Shown piece by piece: positions 13,401 to 28,400 of a DNA stretch of 64,000 nt. The notes beneath the pieces were generated by a model. The model made no database searches. It was not told where the DNA came from and saw nothing but the letters and a program-made list of their open reading frames with translations. The DNA lies in the NCBI RefSeq assembly GCF_036321535.1, contig NC_087437.1, forward strand, positions 108,750,001-108,814,000. Direction: 5' to 3'. This stretch comes from Camelus dromedarius (lineage: Eukaryota). How positions within the stretch are numbered: the stretch's first letter is position 1; every line of letters starts with the position of its first letter. The position numbers were made by a program, and so were the translations under genes.

Positions 13401-16400
13401 ACATTCACATGAATCCATGACAATGTGAGTTAATTTTCCTCCTTACTGGAGTACGGTACTCATCAACACCTGGATGAGCTTACAAGATTCTCAGAAAGTG
13501 AAATACTTGTGTGTGTCTCCTGTCAGAGTCTCTTCTCTATGACATTCTAGCTCGGTTCTCTCCTTTCACCTCTGTGAGCTTTCTTCCTTGGTGGCTTCCC
13601 ACAACCAGCCCATAAATAAGTCTTCTTCAAGCTTCTGCCTTTAAGTTCTCACCTTCACCACCACCATCTCACGTACCACCCCTTCTCTATTCCATACCAA
13701 CAGTCACTAGATTTTACAAAGAACAGCTCTCCACTTTCCATACTGACCTCCATGCACTGCTGTAACTTCCAGAATGGTCTCCACCTCTGCTGGCTTCTTT
13801 GTACAGTTTGTGCTTTATACTATTGCCACAATCAGCTGGTGGTATCCCATCTTCTACCGAATAATGCCCCGATTCCTAGAAAATGTCATTCTGAAGGCCC
13901 TTCATTACCCTTCCAGCTTTACCTGCCACTATACCCTCCCTGCCTACTCCACATATACTCGTTCATTTATTCTTTTATTCAACAAATGAGCACTATTCCT
14001 GACTCTGTTTTAGGCCAAGAACCTGAATGCTGTGAATACAGTCAGGAATAAGAGACAAACATTTCTTCCTTCACAGAGCTTATATTCCAGTGGAAGAAGA
14101 TATAGACAATTAAAAAAATGCCAAATAGCAACTACTCAGTGTTCCCCCAGCACATCCTGAACATTCATGCCTCAGTGCCTTTGTACATGGTGTTCCCATA
14201 ACTTTCCCCTGCCCTGCTGAAATGCTACCTAACCTGAAAGGTGCAGCATAAATGCCTCTTCCTCAAGAGAAAGTCTTCCCTTCCTGGGCACAACAGTTGT
14301 GTCCTCCTAACATCCTAACCTTTTCCTCAGCACTTGGCATAACTGTCTTCTGTTATAGGGTAGTATCATCTAAATTAGATTATAAGCTCCTTACGAGATA
14401 GAACGTTTACTTCACAACGTATTCTCTCTTCAACATTTAATTAACACTTTGCACAAAGGGGTACTCAATAGATTTTTGAGTTGATATATTCCTTCCACAG
14501 CTACCATGTGGCTGAAGAAAGTTTTCACTAACAGCAGCAAACTGAAAATGATTTAGGAACAATTAAGAAGAGAGAGTTGGGGCAGGGGGAGGGTATAATT
14601 CAGTGGGAGAGTTCATGCTTAGCATGCAGGAGGTCCTGGGTTGAATCCTCAGTATCTCTATCAAAAAATAGTAATAAATAAATGAACCTAATTACCTTTC
14701 CCCCACTAAAAAAAGAAGAGAGAGTAACTGTCTTTTTGGGTGAACTCTAAATTTCATTCATATCTTACAAATAAATTCACAAGATCTGTTGAACAAATAT
14801 ATACTCCAATTTAGAGCTTTTGTACTGCTTCTGTCTTCTAAAGTCATGAAGATGGATTATAAGAATTTAATAAAATAAACTACATACGGTCTCCACTTAT
14901 GATGGTTTGACTTACAATTTTTCAACTTCACACTAGTGCAAAAGTGATAAGCATTTAGTAGAAACCATACTACGAATTTTGACCTTTTCCCAGGCTGGCA
15001 ATTTGTATGTAGTCTGATACTCTCTCATGATGCTGGGCAGTGGTGGCAAACTGCAGCCCCAGCAGCCACGTGATCAAGAGGGTAAACAACCAGTACACTC
15101 ACAACCATTCTGCTTTGCAATTTCAATACAGTGTCAAGAAATTCCATGAAATATTCAACACTTTATCATAAAATTGGCTTTGTGTTAGATGATTTTGCCC
15201 AACTGTAGGCTAATGTGAGTGTCAGAGTACATTTAAGTAGGCTAGGCTAAGCTGATGTTCGGTAGATTAGCTGTATCAAATGCATTTTTGACTCAACACT
15301 ATTTTTGACTTAACAATGGGTTTATTGGGATGCAATCCTATCATAAGTCGAGGAAGATTTGTATTAAAAAAACTTACAAGGCTGGTTCTTCTTCTTCATC
15401 TCCATAAGACTTTAGATTATCCTGATCATATTGTGGGAATTCAGGCATCAATCTGGAAGTTAGAATATTCTTTTAAATTATATTAAACTGTTCACTGTTA
15501 AATCATGCTTTAAAAGCAGAAAGACCAATACTTATTTTGTAACGAGTACATTTTTTACTAAGTTTTTTATGAAATAACTACCTATGGCCAGGACTATCTA
15601 AATGTAAACTGTGCGTGGAGAAAAGTGACCTAAACATGAAAAACTTGACATCCTTGTTACTGAAATACAATCAAGTTTACTTTCTTATTGTTTTCACTTT
15701 GACTCTTTTTAATGACGAAGAATTAAAACTAATATATGTTCTATTTTTTTAGACCATCGCGACATTGATTCAATTGAAAGAATTCTTACTTGTATAGCAT
15801 ATGATAAACAGCAATTTGCACAGGCCGAGCTCTGTAAAGAAGTAATGGGGCTAAAGTATTTAACAAAGTCTGGAGATATTCTGGCAAGTTTGTTTTTTGG
15901 CCAGCAACCAATCTTGGAGGGAGTTTTTGACTCAACAGTTGATCCTTTGGGATATATGTTAGTGTTTCACACATGGGCTTCAGCATTGCATTCTGAAAGG
16001 ATGTTTCAGATGTATCTTTGCTTTCTCCTGATGACAAAAAGGAAAGGAACATTCACATCCCCAAACAAAGTGAGTAATATACAGCTTGACTGATTCACAG
16101 ACAACTAAATGTTATTTAAGAAAATGAAATTAAAAACTTGACACTAAAGCACTCCTAACTAGGAACATGAATTGAATATACATTTCAGATATTCTCTGAA
16201 CTACTCAGATAGTTCGGATACCTTAACTTTTTAATAACTTCTATGATCTCATTCTTAAAAAAAAATGAGGTTTGAGTTAAAATAATCTATTCATGTTATC
16301 TGAATTACAATTATTTTAATTTTCAATGGCCTTTGGATATTGTACCATTTTTTAATTCTTGTCTGTAAAGCAGAAGCATACATGATACTTCTGAGATACC

Positions 16401-19400
16401 TAGCTTTCTCTCTGGCTCTTTCACTATTTTATATTGTGTGACTTAAATATCCAAAGTTTTTTTTTTTTTCCCAACAAGTCATTTTCAATGAACCTCACTA
16501 TGACTCCCTTTTTCACTTGCCTGTAACAGTCACCAAAAGAGGTAATAGCAAACTGTGGATCCCTTGGGAAAAAAATTCTTTCCATTCACTGATTAGATTT
16601 ACAGGAAGGCTGCCAGTGGTATCCAGAGTTGTGGAATCAAAAAAAGCACTGAGTTCACAGGCCAAATCACAGCTGACACAGGCAAACAGTTGTACAAGTG
16701 GAACAGAATACAATGCCTGATTCTCATTTGTTGTCTAAAAAAACAAAAAGGAAATGGGTAAACAGACTTCTTCCAGCATACTATAAATCAAGGCAATAAA
16801 GAGAAGTGCCTTTCATTTCTCTACATTTAAAAATAAGAAGCAGTTGAAATATATAGTCTTAGGAGACATTTATATATTTTACATCAAAATAACTTTTTTT
16901 CAAATTAAGTATCAGGAATTAGAATTGATCCATTTATTTTGAAATTTTTTTTTTTATTTCTACAACCATAAAAGAAAATAATATCAGTTACCACTTACCA
17001 AGTTAAACACATTAAAAACCACTTTTATAATCTTCTTGGGAGCCCTACTAATTGGGTATTATTAAGTTACTTTAAAATAAGGAAACTGAGGCTTGACAAG
17101 GTAAAGTTTAATACTACACAGCTAACAGCAGGCAAAGCAGAGATTCAGACTAATTCAACCTTGACTGACTTGCTGCATCAGAGCCCACAAGTATTACACA
17201 CCTGGTTGCTGTGGGTCATAAAAAGAACATCAGTTCCCCCTGAATCTGCCTAATTTTTAATGCATTACTCTGGCAATACTGAAACAGTACATTTTTAAGA
17301 ATAACTTAATTAGAATCAAAAAGACCAAAAAAACTTGTCATGAAAACATAAAACCTTAAAGGGCTGTGCTGCAATATTAAAATGAGCTAATGAAGAGAAC
17401 ATTTTAAAAGCAGTTAGCAGATCTGGTTACTGAATGATACTGGCAGACAAACCTCAATCATTTTACTGTTCTGTCAAGTAGTAGCTGGTGAGGAATATAT
17501 CTATAAAGTGTTTAAATATTTGCAAAGGAGCTAACGACAACCATCATTTAAAGAATATTAGTAAACAGTTCTAGTACAGAGATATGCACAAAGACCCAAT
17601 AGGTGTGATGACGTTATCAGGTTAATTTACCTCCAACCAAGCCAACATGGAGCACATGATAAAGTCCCATTCACTCTCTGCCAAAGGAGATGAGCAGTAT
17701 TTCAAAAACAAGGAAAGGAATCGGATTATTTCTATATTTACACCCAGTATCTCTGGACTTACTTCTGACAGATTGCTGTGATAAAGACAAAAACAAAACA
17801 CTGAAGAATTATATACATTCAATTAGAAAAATGTAAATCTTATATACTTAGACTGACTTAAATGTCTTTCATCCTATTACTTTACAAAATTGTGACTATA
17901 AGATACACAATCTGAGTCCACTTCATATATAGAGGGAAAAACACAGTATAAAGTATTACCTACCAACTGAAAAGAAAAATATCTTCATGATCTTTCTTCC
18001 AGGTTATCAGAATTTTTAATATACCATGTAATAGCTCTCCATCATCTATCCCTCTGGTTTGCAGACAAGAATTGAAAATGGCAAGATGTCCGAAACCTCC
18101 TAAAGTAAAATTAAAAATTAAAAAATTAATTGTATTGTTACTATTAAAAAGAGAAACTCTACCTTGAAACAAGTTAAAAACTTTCTTCAGAAGTATTTAG
18201 GTTAAGAGCTCTAAAAATCAGGGCTTATATGAAAGAGTCAAATGAGCTTATAAATTCCAGAGGGCAGGGATCCTGTCTCCATACCCAGCACCCAGCACCC
18301 AGCACAGAAAATCAAGTGTGAAGAGGGGGGAGTGAATGACATTGTGCATTAGCTAACCTATGGTGTTTTATTGTAAAAAGTATGCCCTTTCTCATTTCTC
18401 TAATATCACTTGTTTGTTGCCCTTACAGCACTAATGTTTGTTTATTTATTATTATGTCAATTAGAAAGTAAGCTCCATGAGGGCAGGAACCCTGTCTGTG
18501 TTACTTGCCACTGTACATGTCCCCCTAGCACGATGCCTGAGATAAAGAGAAACTCATTTTGACTGACTGAATGAAGAATGAATAAGTGAACACATGGTAC
18601 ACTGCTAGATGCTGGGGAGATAAAGCTGAACAAAATCCAGTCCCTGACGGGACTCATCTAGCAGTCCTGGTGGACATAAAACAAAGTAGAATGCAAGAGG
18701 GCCAAAAAACTGAGAGCCCAGAACAGGAAACTAGGTCAAGTCAGAAAAGCCTTTCCAAAGTTGGTATATGGTATTTCACAGGCACAAAGTTCTAACAAAG
18801 TAACAGAATGTTCAAAGTTCAGGGCAGAAGCAAAACTGGTGAAACCGGAGAAACTGGTTGTGATAGATTGTAAGATGTCTTATAAGCCAAACTAAGGACT
18901 TAAGGTTTTTATTCTGTAGACAAAAGGAAACCAAGGAAAAAGCAAAAATAAATTAATGAATAATAGCAATAGTAATAATTTAATCTTCCTTTAAAGGCAA
19001 ATAATTTTTTTCTTCTAATCTTCCTGACAAAATGTGAGGCTCAAGTTTAAATAGAAACAATTGATTTTCTAATAACGAAAAAATATTTGTTAGCTAACTG
19101 TTCCATCATTTTGGCAAGAAGAGCAAAATTGGCTGTCAAATCTCAAAAACGTTCCCCTTCCTGTTGCCCTCTGCACAGCTGGACAGTTTGTGGTTTGTGT
19201 GGATAGCACACAGTTGTGTGAACTGCAGCCCTGTCTCCTGCCCCTTCTCCCTCTCTGCCGTTCTTCAGTTATGACCTGTGCTGGAGAAATCACCTGCACT
19301 CCCGTTAGGTAATCCTCTCTTCTATGCACAGTCAGTTCACCTGCATCTCTGTTCCAGAACTGCAATCCCAACCTAATCCCACAGTTTAACTATGTAAGTG

Positions 19401-22400
19401 AACTCAACAGTAAAGCTTAATGCCACAAAAATTTATTTATAACATCAGCTGACCCTTCATGCTACCAGGGTAATTCTTTTTGACTGTTTGTTGATGGACA
19501 CACTCCTTTTCCACTATTTCAGACTTCTACTGCCTTTAACATCCACAATCCAGTTTCCACTTATTAAATGACCTAGACAGACATGAAGACATGAAGTTCC
19601 CAGGCCCCTCTCCATCTCCATCTCCATCCATCCTACACCTCTCTTCATCTTGTCTCCTCCTATATATACATGACTGGTATCTTCTGACTACTCTAGATTC
19701 TATCCTACATGCCCTCCCCTCTCATCTTCTCAGTGGGAACTATCATCAATTATTCCCTGTCTCTATTTTCTATTCCTCCCCCTCCCCAGCAACATGTATT
19801 TCCCCTTTGACTTTGTGTTCACCTCCAGCTTTCACCTCTTTGTACACTCCTTCCCGCCAAACACTCAGAATAGACTATCTGCCTCCACTTTCTCACCACT
19901 ATCATTCCAACAATGTCAAAGCCAATAGACACTTGTCAGCGCCTAATTTTACTTGCCCTTCTGTGGCATTTAATGGCTGATGAATATTACCTAAAACTCT
20001 TCCTTTGCTTCTCTTTATCTTTAGTTCTTATTCTCAAGTGTCCCTCCACCCACTACCCCTTAAATCTACTGCTAGTGTTCCCTTGATATTCTTTCCACTC
20101 TTCATTCTTGCTGAACAAGCTCATCCTCATTTACAGACTATACTGCCACCTGCATGACATGGGCTTTGGAAGCAGCATTTCCATCTAGCCAATAGCTATT
20201 GCTTACTGACAATCTCCATTTGAATAGTTATTCCATAGCCATCTTAATCTATTGTGTCTAAAACTGAACATTAGCTGCCTATACACCTTTTCCATCCTCC
20301 TCCCAACCCTCAAGTCTCCTACAGAGCTTCCTATAAGGCCTAACAATACTTCCATCTACCCAATTCAGAAGTACAATCACAGAGACCCATCAATTCTATT
20401 TCCTGTCTCTTTCATTTCCATCTCTGCTCTTCCATTTGTGCCTTGATTCAAGTTCTCTATTTCTCATTATGATTATTCCAATAGCTCCCTATATGGTCTT
20501 CTACCCCTAAACTCTCTTCTCTCACATCCACCCTATACAGTTAGCAAAATAATCTTTCTAATATAAATGTGATAAGTCTTACTACTCTTCTACCTAATTT
20601 GGGCCAATAACTCCTTACCTCCTACCACTTAAAGTCCAAACTCCTTAGCCTACAAAACTAGGCCTTTATGATCTGTTCCCTGCCATTTCTCAAAATCCAT
20701 ATTCTTCTGCACTGTAATACTCTTTGTCTCCAACTTTCTACCTTAAATGCCAACCCAAATGAACTATCTGTATTCTTCTATGTTTGTGTGTACCTGAAAT
20801 GCCCTTCCCCAACTATGTCCATATGGCAAACTATCCTTCATCACTCAGTTGAAGTATTTCTCTTTGTGAAATTGCCACTGACATCTCAAAGCAAAGGGGA
20901 AAACTCCTTTTCTTCCACTTTCACACATACGACATCTTACTGCTCCATCAGCTACCATTTAACTCTACGTCTGTCTTCTCTACAAAAGAAACTGTCACAT
21001 AGCCAGGGCTCAATAAGTGTTTATTCAATTAATAAATAAATGAACTAATAGAGTAGAGAGTATCCAAAAAGTTTAAAACATAACAAAAGCTATTCCCTCT
21101 TTTGTCTTTATGAGTGCATCATTGGTTGACTGAAAAAGCTATATATGGAAAAGAAATGATTGGAGGGTTATCAGTGGTTGTAAATCTTCCCTTAAGGCTC
21201 TAGCATTTCTGTACTGCAAAATGGTAACAGCCACTCTCCAATGACACTCATCCTACTGAATCAACTTGTTTTGTAGCAAGAGTATAAATTAGGAAAAATC
21301 AGCTATAATTCATCTCTGCTAGATGTGGATTAAGATACTAAGAAATACTTCTTTTTGGCAGGGAAGGGTGTAGCTCAGTGGTAGAGCACGTGCTTAGCAT
21401 GGACAAGGTTCTGGGTTCAATCCTCAGTACCTCCATTAAATAAATAAACAAATAATCAAACAAATCAACCAACCTAACTCCCTCCCAAAATTTTTTAAAT
21501 TAAGAAATACTTTTTTCACTTCAAGCAATAATTAAATTAATAAAATATTTATTACCAAGCAACTAACCATTAGTACTGCAAACATCTTCCTTGGTCCAGG
21601 CCAAAAGGGCAGGGATACACTGAGCAATGAATTCTTTCTTGTCTTCTTTTGACAAAAATGGACAGAGACTTTGAATGGTATGCATATTACCTTCTGTTAG
21701 TGGAAAAAAACTGTTTAAAGGAAAAAAAAAAAGGTATGAATTATATTTATTCTAAATTTTCAGTTATTTCAGAAAACTCCTCTTATCTAGACTAGTCAAA
21801 AAGACTAATATTTCCACAATATAAAATAATTGTATAGAAAAAAAAAAAAAGAAAAGAAACTATGAAGAGATTGACAATTGTTGATGCTGGATGATGAAAC
21901 TATGGATATTTTTTTTCCTGCTTCTTTTTTACATTTTTTTTTAAATAAGCATTGTAACTTGCCCCATTTATGATTTTTTTAAATTATACAAACAATACAT
22001 GATTATGCTCTAAGAGTCAACTGATTCAATTTAAGCAGCACCAGTTGCATGTCCTTTGTATGAACTAGTATTTATATATGTGCATATATATAGTTGGGTT
22101 TTATTTACCTATGTGTTGTATTATTTGCCACTTATATACTTAGTAGATGGTTTTATGTCAGAAATGTAGGTATAAAGTATTCCTTTTATTTTAAAGCTAC
22201 ATAACTAAATCAAAAACAAAACCAAAAATATTGCACAGTATAATTTAACTATTTCCCTATTAGTGAACATTAAGGTTTCTGCCCCCAAATTTTTATTCTT
22301 ACAAATAACGCTGTAATAAATGTCCTTGAGCAGATACAATTCTGCATATGCGCAAATACCTCTTTAGGCCAGATTCCTAGAAGCAGAATTGCAGAAATCA

Positions 22401-25400
22401 AAGGATTTGAATGTATTATATTTTGATAATTTCAAACTGGTTTTCAAAAAAGCATAATCAAGTTTACATTTTCACCAAAAATGTACAAGTTTGACTGTTT
22501 TGCTGCACATTTAATGAATCTTTTTAAAATTCCTGGCAATATGGCAGATAAAATGTACTACTTTTAATTTGCATTTCTGTCACTATTAATAAGGCAAATC
22601 CTTTCATATTTCACATTTCATAAATGAATTACCTTTGACTATTTCACCTATGAATTACCTGTTCAAGTCCTTGACACATGCTTCACTTTGAATAGTTTTA
22701 TTAAGAAAAGCTATTTATATATTATGGATATTAATTCTTAATATACAAATTTTTCTTCCATTTTGCCACCATTTAACCTTTGCTTACTGTATTTTTATCA
22801 TACAGAAGTTTCCTTTTTTTTTCCTTTTTTAATTGTGGTAAAATATACATTATATAAAATTTATTATAAGTGTACAGTAGTGTTAAGTTCATTCATACTG
22901 TTGTGCAGCTTATCTCCAGAACTTTTTCATTTCACAAAACTGCAACTCTACCCATTAAATAAGAATTCCCCATCTCCTTCCCCTCAGCCCCTGGCAACTA
23001 CCATTTTACTTTCTGTCTCTATGAATTTGACTATGCTAGGCACCTCATATACTTGGAATCATTCACTATTTATCTTTTTGTGACTCATTTATTTCATTTA
23101 GCGTAATGTCCTCAAGGTTCATCCACATTGTAGCATGTCAGAATTTCCTTCTTCGTAAGCAGAATAATATTCCATTATATGTATATACTACATTTTTGTT
23201 TATCCATCCATCTGTTGATGGGCACAAAGTTTTATTTTTACAAAATCAGATATCTATCATTTCTTCTACAGATTCTGGATTTTTGTGCTTTGCTTAAAAT
23301 CTTCCCTATGCCAAGATTATACAGTCTCTTATTTTCCCCTAATACTTTTACAGATCTGTTCTTTTTAGCTTCCATCTGGACTTCACTTTTACGTAAAATG
23401 TAAGGGAGTAGGTCTCCCCTTTTTTTCAAACACATATCCAGTCTTCCTAACATCATTTATTATTGACTCATCTCACAATTTGAAAGAACACTTGTATCAA
23501 AAACTAAATTCTCATATATGTGCAGATTAGTTTCTGGACTCTTATGTTCTGATCCAGTGATCTGCCCATTCACCAATCTCATAATGCTTAATTACTGTAC
23601 TGGTAGGGCAAATCCTTTTCACTTTTCTCTTTCATAACTCTCCTAGCTATTCTTGAACATTTTTTCCTTCAAATGCATACTATATTTAACACAGTTTGTC
23701 AAGCTTTTCAAAAATGTTGCTGAAATTTTGACTGAGATTACATTGAAATTATAGAAACAACCATTTTTTAAAAATTATCTTCTCTTGTGATCTTTACTTG
23801 GGTTTTTTGGGGGGTGGGGGAGTTGTTACATTTATTTCTCGGTATTCATAGTTTTATTGTCATTGTGAACAGAATCTCTTTTTTCCTATGCCTTTTTAAA
23901 ATTGATTATGACCGGTGAATAAGAAAGATACTGATTTTTGTATGTCAAGTACATATCCATTTCATTTGTAATTAGTTCTAACAGTTCTTTAGTTAATTCC
24001 CTATGACTTTTATAATTAGAAAAAATTTTTAAATTATACTGAATAAAAAAGCTAGTATCAAAAGATCACATGCTGTATGATTCCTATATATAACATTCCT
24101 AAATGATAAAATTATCTAGAAAGAGAACAGATTAGTGGTTGCCAGAGATGAGAATGGGAAGAAGGGAGGTGGCCATGGGAAAAAAGGGTAACACAAGGTG
24201 ATCCTTACGAAAAAACTAGTCTATATCTTGGACTGTGGTGGTGGTAACACAAGATTACACAGAACACACACAAAAACACGTAAGTGCAAGTAAATGTGGT
24301 CAGTGGATTGTATCAACGCCATCTTCTTGGTTGTGAAATTGTACTAAAGTTATGCAAAATGATACCACTGGCAGAAACTGAAAGGTACATGGAATTTCTT
24401 TGTATTTCTTACAACTGCATGTGAACCTATAATTCCCATTAATAATTGAATTCAAAATAATAAATTAAAAAACTAAAATAAGATTAAAACAAAAATTTAA
24501 CTTAAGATTCTAATTCTACTGTGCCAAAATACATGTGTAAACATATATAGGTATAAATATATATGTATAAATATACATACATAATTTCAGAATTCTTCTT
24601 GGTGAATCAGTTAATTCAAAATGCCTCAGTAAATTTCAGCTAAGTGTTTAATCTGAATGCTCAGCTTCTCTAGTATAATTAACTCCAGCAAATCTCTAGT
24701 ATGTCCAACTCTATTTCTTTGTCCTAAGAACACATCTATTGCATTTTTAGAATAAACTTCAATAGGATGATCCTTATTTAAGAGAAGATAAGTAACTTTC
24801 CTTATCACTTCCATACAGCAAATAAAGTAATGGAAAAAGGATGTTGGGGAGGGGAAAATAATAGATTCTGTCGGAGAGATTTCTGAGGAAAAGAGAACAA
24901 CTTTATGAAATGCTAATTGTTTAAAACAAGTATCCAATTTCACAACAAAATTTTATAAGGTTTAAAATGCTTATTTAAAAAGGTGTGTTCCTCAACCTAA
25001 AACAATTAAAATTGTTTTTATACTCTTTAAGTCTCATTTTTTTAATTTAATTTTCTCATCTCCTAAACCTTGATTTCCTGATTCATTAAATTTTTTTGTT
25101 AGTTTAGAGTTGTCAAAGTAACCAACCATAGTAAATTTCAAAATAAAAATATTTTGAATACGAATACCCTTCTTTTCTCCTATAATGCCATTTTACTTCA
25201 TCAGATGAAACACTTCGGGAAAGGATCAACTTAGCAATGATAAGAGACCAAAGGGTGCCATTCTCCCTGGATCTAAAAAAGGGAAAAAAAAAATCCATTT
25301 TGAGAGTGCACTTAAGATTTTTTAACACTGTTACCTGGATTCCTTTTACAGAATTAAATAAATTGTTTTGTGAGGGTATCATTTCACACAGTCCTTCTGC

Positions 25401-28400
25401 ATCCAAACAGCTGCTGTTACCAAAAGGATTGGGAACTTAGGCTTCCAACACCCTTCATAACTGGTACTGGGCTCTCATCCCAAGGCAATCCCAAAGCCCC
25501 CTCAAGTCCTGACAGAGGACATAACCTTAAAGAATAGGCTTGAGGACCAGAGGCTGCAGCTGCAAGGAAGACATCTCCCAGAGGACACTGAGGGTGGCAG
25601 CAAGTTGAAGAATCAAAGAGCTATTAATATTTGCTGAGGCAAGTTCTGAGTGTTAAGTATGTGGAGTGGGATTGTAGAGGAAAACCTGGGGCCTCTGATT
25701 TTCAAAGAAGCGTATGAAAAATACTACAGGCAAGTGAAAAACTCTTCAAGAGAAAGCAAGTCAACATAGTAATTTCAATAAGCTAAGTATCTAACTGCTA
25801 TAAACTCTACAACGACTCTGTTTTCATACCTACTTCCTCATCTAAGGGAGAAGGTTTGTGGTTATGATATTAAGACACACCTGCAACAATATGCAAGGTG
25901 AAAAGGTTAAACTTGAGAGTAGTGGAAGGATGGGTCACATATGACAAATTAAAACAACTTCTACAGGTTTTCATTTCTTTCATTGTCATCTGCCCCTTGA
26001 ATGTATTTATTGATTTAATAAAACAGGCAAAGTCCAAATATCTCCCCAGAAGAGTAAATCAAGTACTTAGTGTCCACAAAGTATTCATTATTAAAAATTG
26101 GGTTTAGTTGTGGGGGAGGGCATAGCTTAGTGGTAGGTAGAGCACATGCTTAGCATGCCCATGGTCCTGGGTTCAATCCCCTGTACCTCCATTGAAAAAA
26201 AAAAAAAAAGAATTGGGGTTAATTTAAATCAACCTTCTGATTCAAAGATTACCATCAAGTGGGCTTACTCTTTACAGACACAAAGCCATTAACTAGCAAA
26301 ATAGTCATTAAAAAAATGGAAATTGAAAGGGATTCTTACCTGTTAAATAACAGCTGCAAAAGGCCAGAAGTATTACCAAGTCCACATAAGTTATCATATG
26401 TAATATTCATTTTCTGAAGCATTTCACAAAATCCAGTTAGAAAAACAGGTGGATTGTCTAATTCTTCATACCACTGCAACGAATAGAGCAGTTCTGCAAC
26501 TGACAGAGTGGACAACACATTATTGAGTGTACCTGGTGAGCAGACCTTTCAATTGTTTTCACTTCTCTGCCCCATTTTCTAACATCGCTGTGCCCACTAA
26601 TTTCAAAATATCTATGAGCTGATTTTCAACTCTTTGATGTTCAATGACAATGAAAACTGAGAATATCTGATACAAAATACCACTCCTCTCCCAAACCTTA
26701 CTCAGTTCCTTTTCTGATTAGTTTAGAATGTGACAGGGATCTGCATTATCAGAGATACAGGAAGAACTTCCTACTATTTTTGCCACAAACGGTAAGAAGT
26801 TGCATCCAGGATAAACAACTATGAGATCCAAGACTTGAGAAGTTTAAGACAATGTGTTATGAAATGGGAGCAAGCATGATACGGTAAACAACAGGGCACG
26901 GGCCTCAATGACAGACTAGTCTGGATTCAAATAAGCTGTACACAGGTCATCAACTAGGACACTACAAATCTACCTCACGGGACTATTGGGAGAATCAGGT
27001 GACCGAGTATCACTAAACCTGGCCTATCACAGGTTTTTAGTCACAACTCTCCTTTATAAAGCCAGGTATGGATTTTGGAGTCAGGAGACTTGAAACCTGG
27101 CTCAAAATTTAATCCCATCCCTTGCAAGCTTCAGATAAGAAAGTCAGCAATAATACCAGCAATGATAGGGTTAATGAGAAGATTAAATGCATAATGCTGT
27201 CAGTTTGTAATTAGTAACATAATTAACAAAAATAAATTATTACAAAAATTCCTACTCTGGGGGAAAGGGTGTATAGCTCAGTGGTAGAGTGCATGCTTAG
27301 CATGCACGAGGTCCTGGGTTTAATCCCTAGTATCTCCATTTAAATCAACAAACAAATAAATAAATAAAACTAATTATACCTCACTCCACCCCCAAAAACT
27401 TACTAATTTCCAGAGTTTTTTTTGGACAGATTCACTCTGTGAGTAAAGTAAACTGCAGGCAAACTTCCTTGACCTCAGCTGCACATGGAGCTGGCTCCCT
27501 GTAAGGTGTCCCCGTTTTCTTCCACAGGGTGAAGACTCTCCTCCACTAATAACTGTACTCAGCTGAGGGCTCACAATCAAGACTGACACAGGAATTGTAC
27601 AAGTCCTCCACCCTTCCTACCATTCTGTACAGGTCACACTGCTACCTACAATTCTACATCATTTCCTGGAATGGGGGAATTTTTTTTAATCCTCCTAAAA
27701 TTCAACTGCTTACCCTCCACCTGCTGGGAAAAAAAAAATTATAGCCCTATAAAAAGGCAGAGTGATTCAAAAATTAATTGAAAATTCAGAATCTTTGATG
27801 AAACACAAAACTCACTTAACCAATTTCTTTAGGGTCATGTGCCACAGGATCTGCTGAGACTGATGTCATGCCAGCTTGAGTAACTGACCTTATACCAAAT
27901 TCTGCCCCACGGCTAACAAGATTAGAGCAAGGTATTAGTATGCTGCCATCCAATTCACAATTTAACATTCAGCTCTTACATGGCCTCAAGTTTCTCATCA
28001 GTAAAATCAAGAACTGAAGATTCTTGAATCTTTAAAGATTTAAATTGCAGTATAATCAAAATTATTTCAAAATTACACCATGATTATTTCAAAATATGTA
28101 TTTATATGTGTATATCTGAATGCTCATATATACTTACTTATTTCCTCAAGCTCATTATTTTCTAGGACTATTTCCTTTTTCAGTGCAACTAATATCATTT
28201 TGCTCAATAATGCTGAAGTACACAAATGGCTGGGAAGTTTCTTTGTATCTTGTTCTTTAAAATCTGTTTTGAAACACTCATAATTCAAACTCAGTCTTCC
28301 TTCTAAAAGAGGTCTATGCAACCACTGTAAAAAGAATACATTACATTATATACAAAGTCATTCAACAGACTAAATTATTTACTACCTATGCAATTAAGAC

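Noticed and set aside
15845..16720. Plus-strand ORFs antisense to LTN1 exons 22-23
   Set aside because: Shadow ORFs of the coding strand; short, with no independent signals.
19591..19980. 129-aa Pro/Ser-rich plus-strand ORF
   Set aside because: Derived from a (CCATCT)n run and C/T-rich L2 remnant sequence.
26702..26770. Possible cryptic poison exon in LTN1 intron 16 (minus strand, GTAAGG donor)
   Set aside because: The acceptor lacks a polypyrimidine tract (GGCAAAAATAGTAG); no further support from the sequence.
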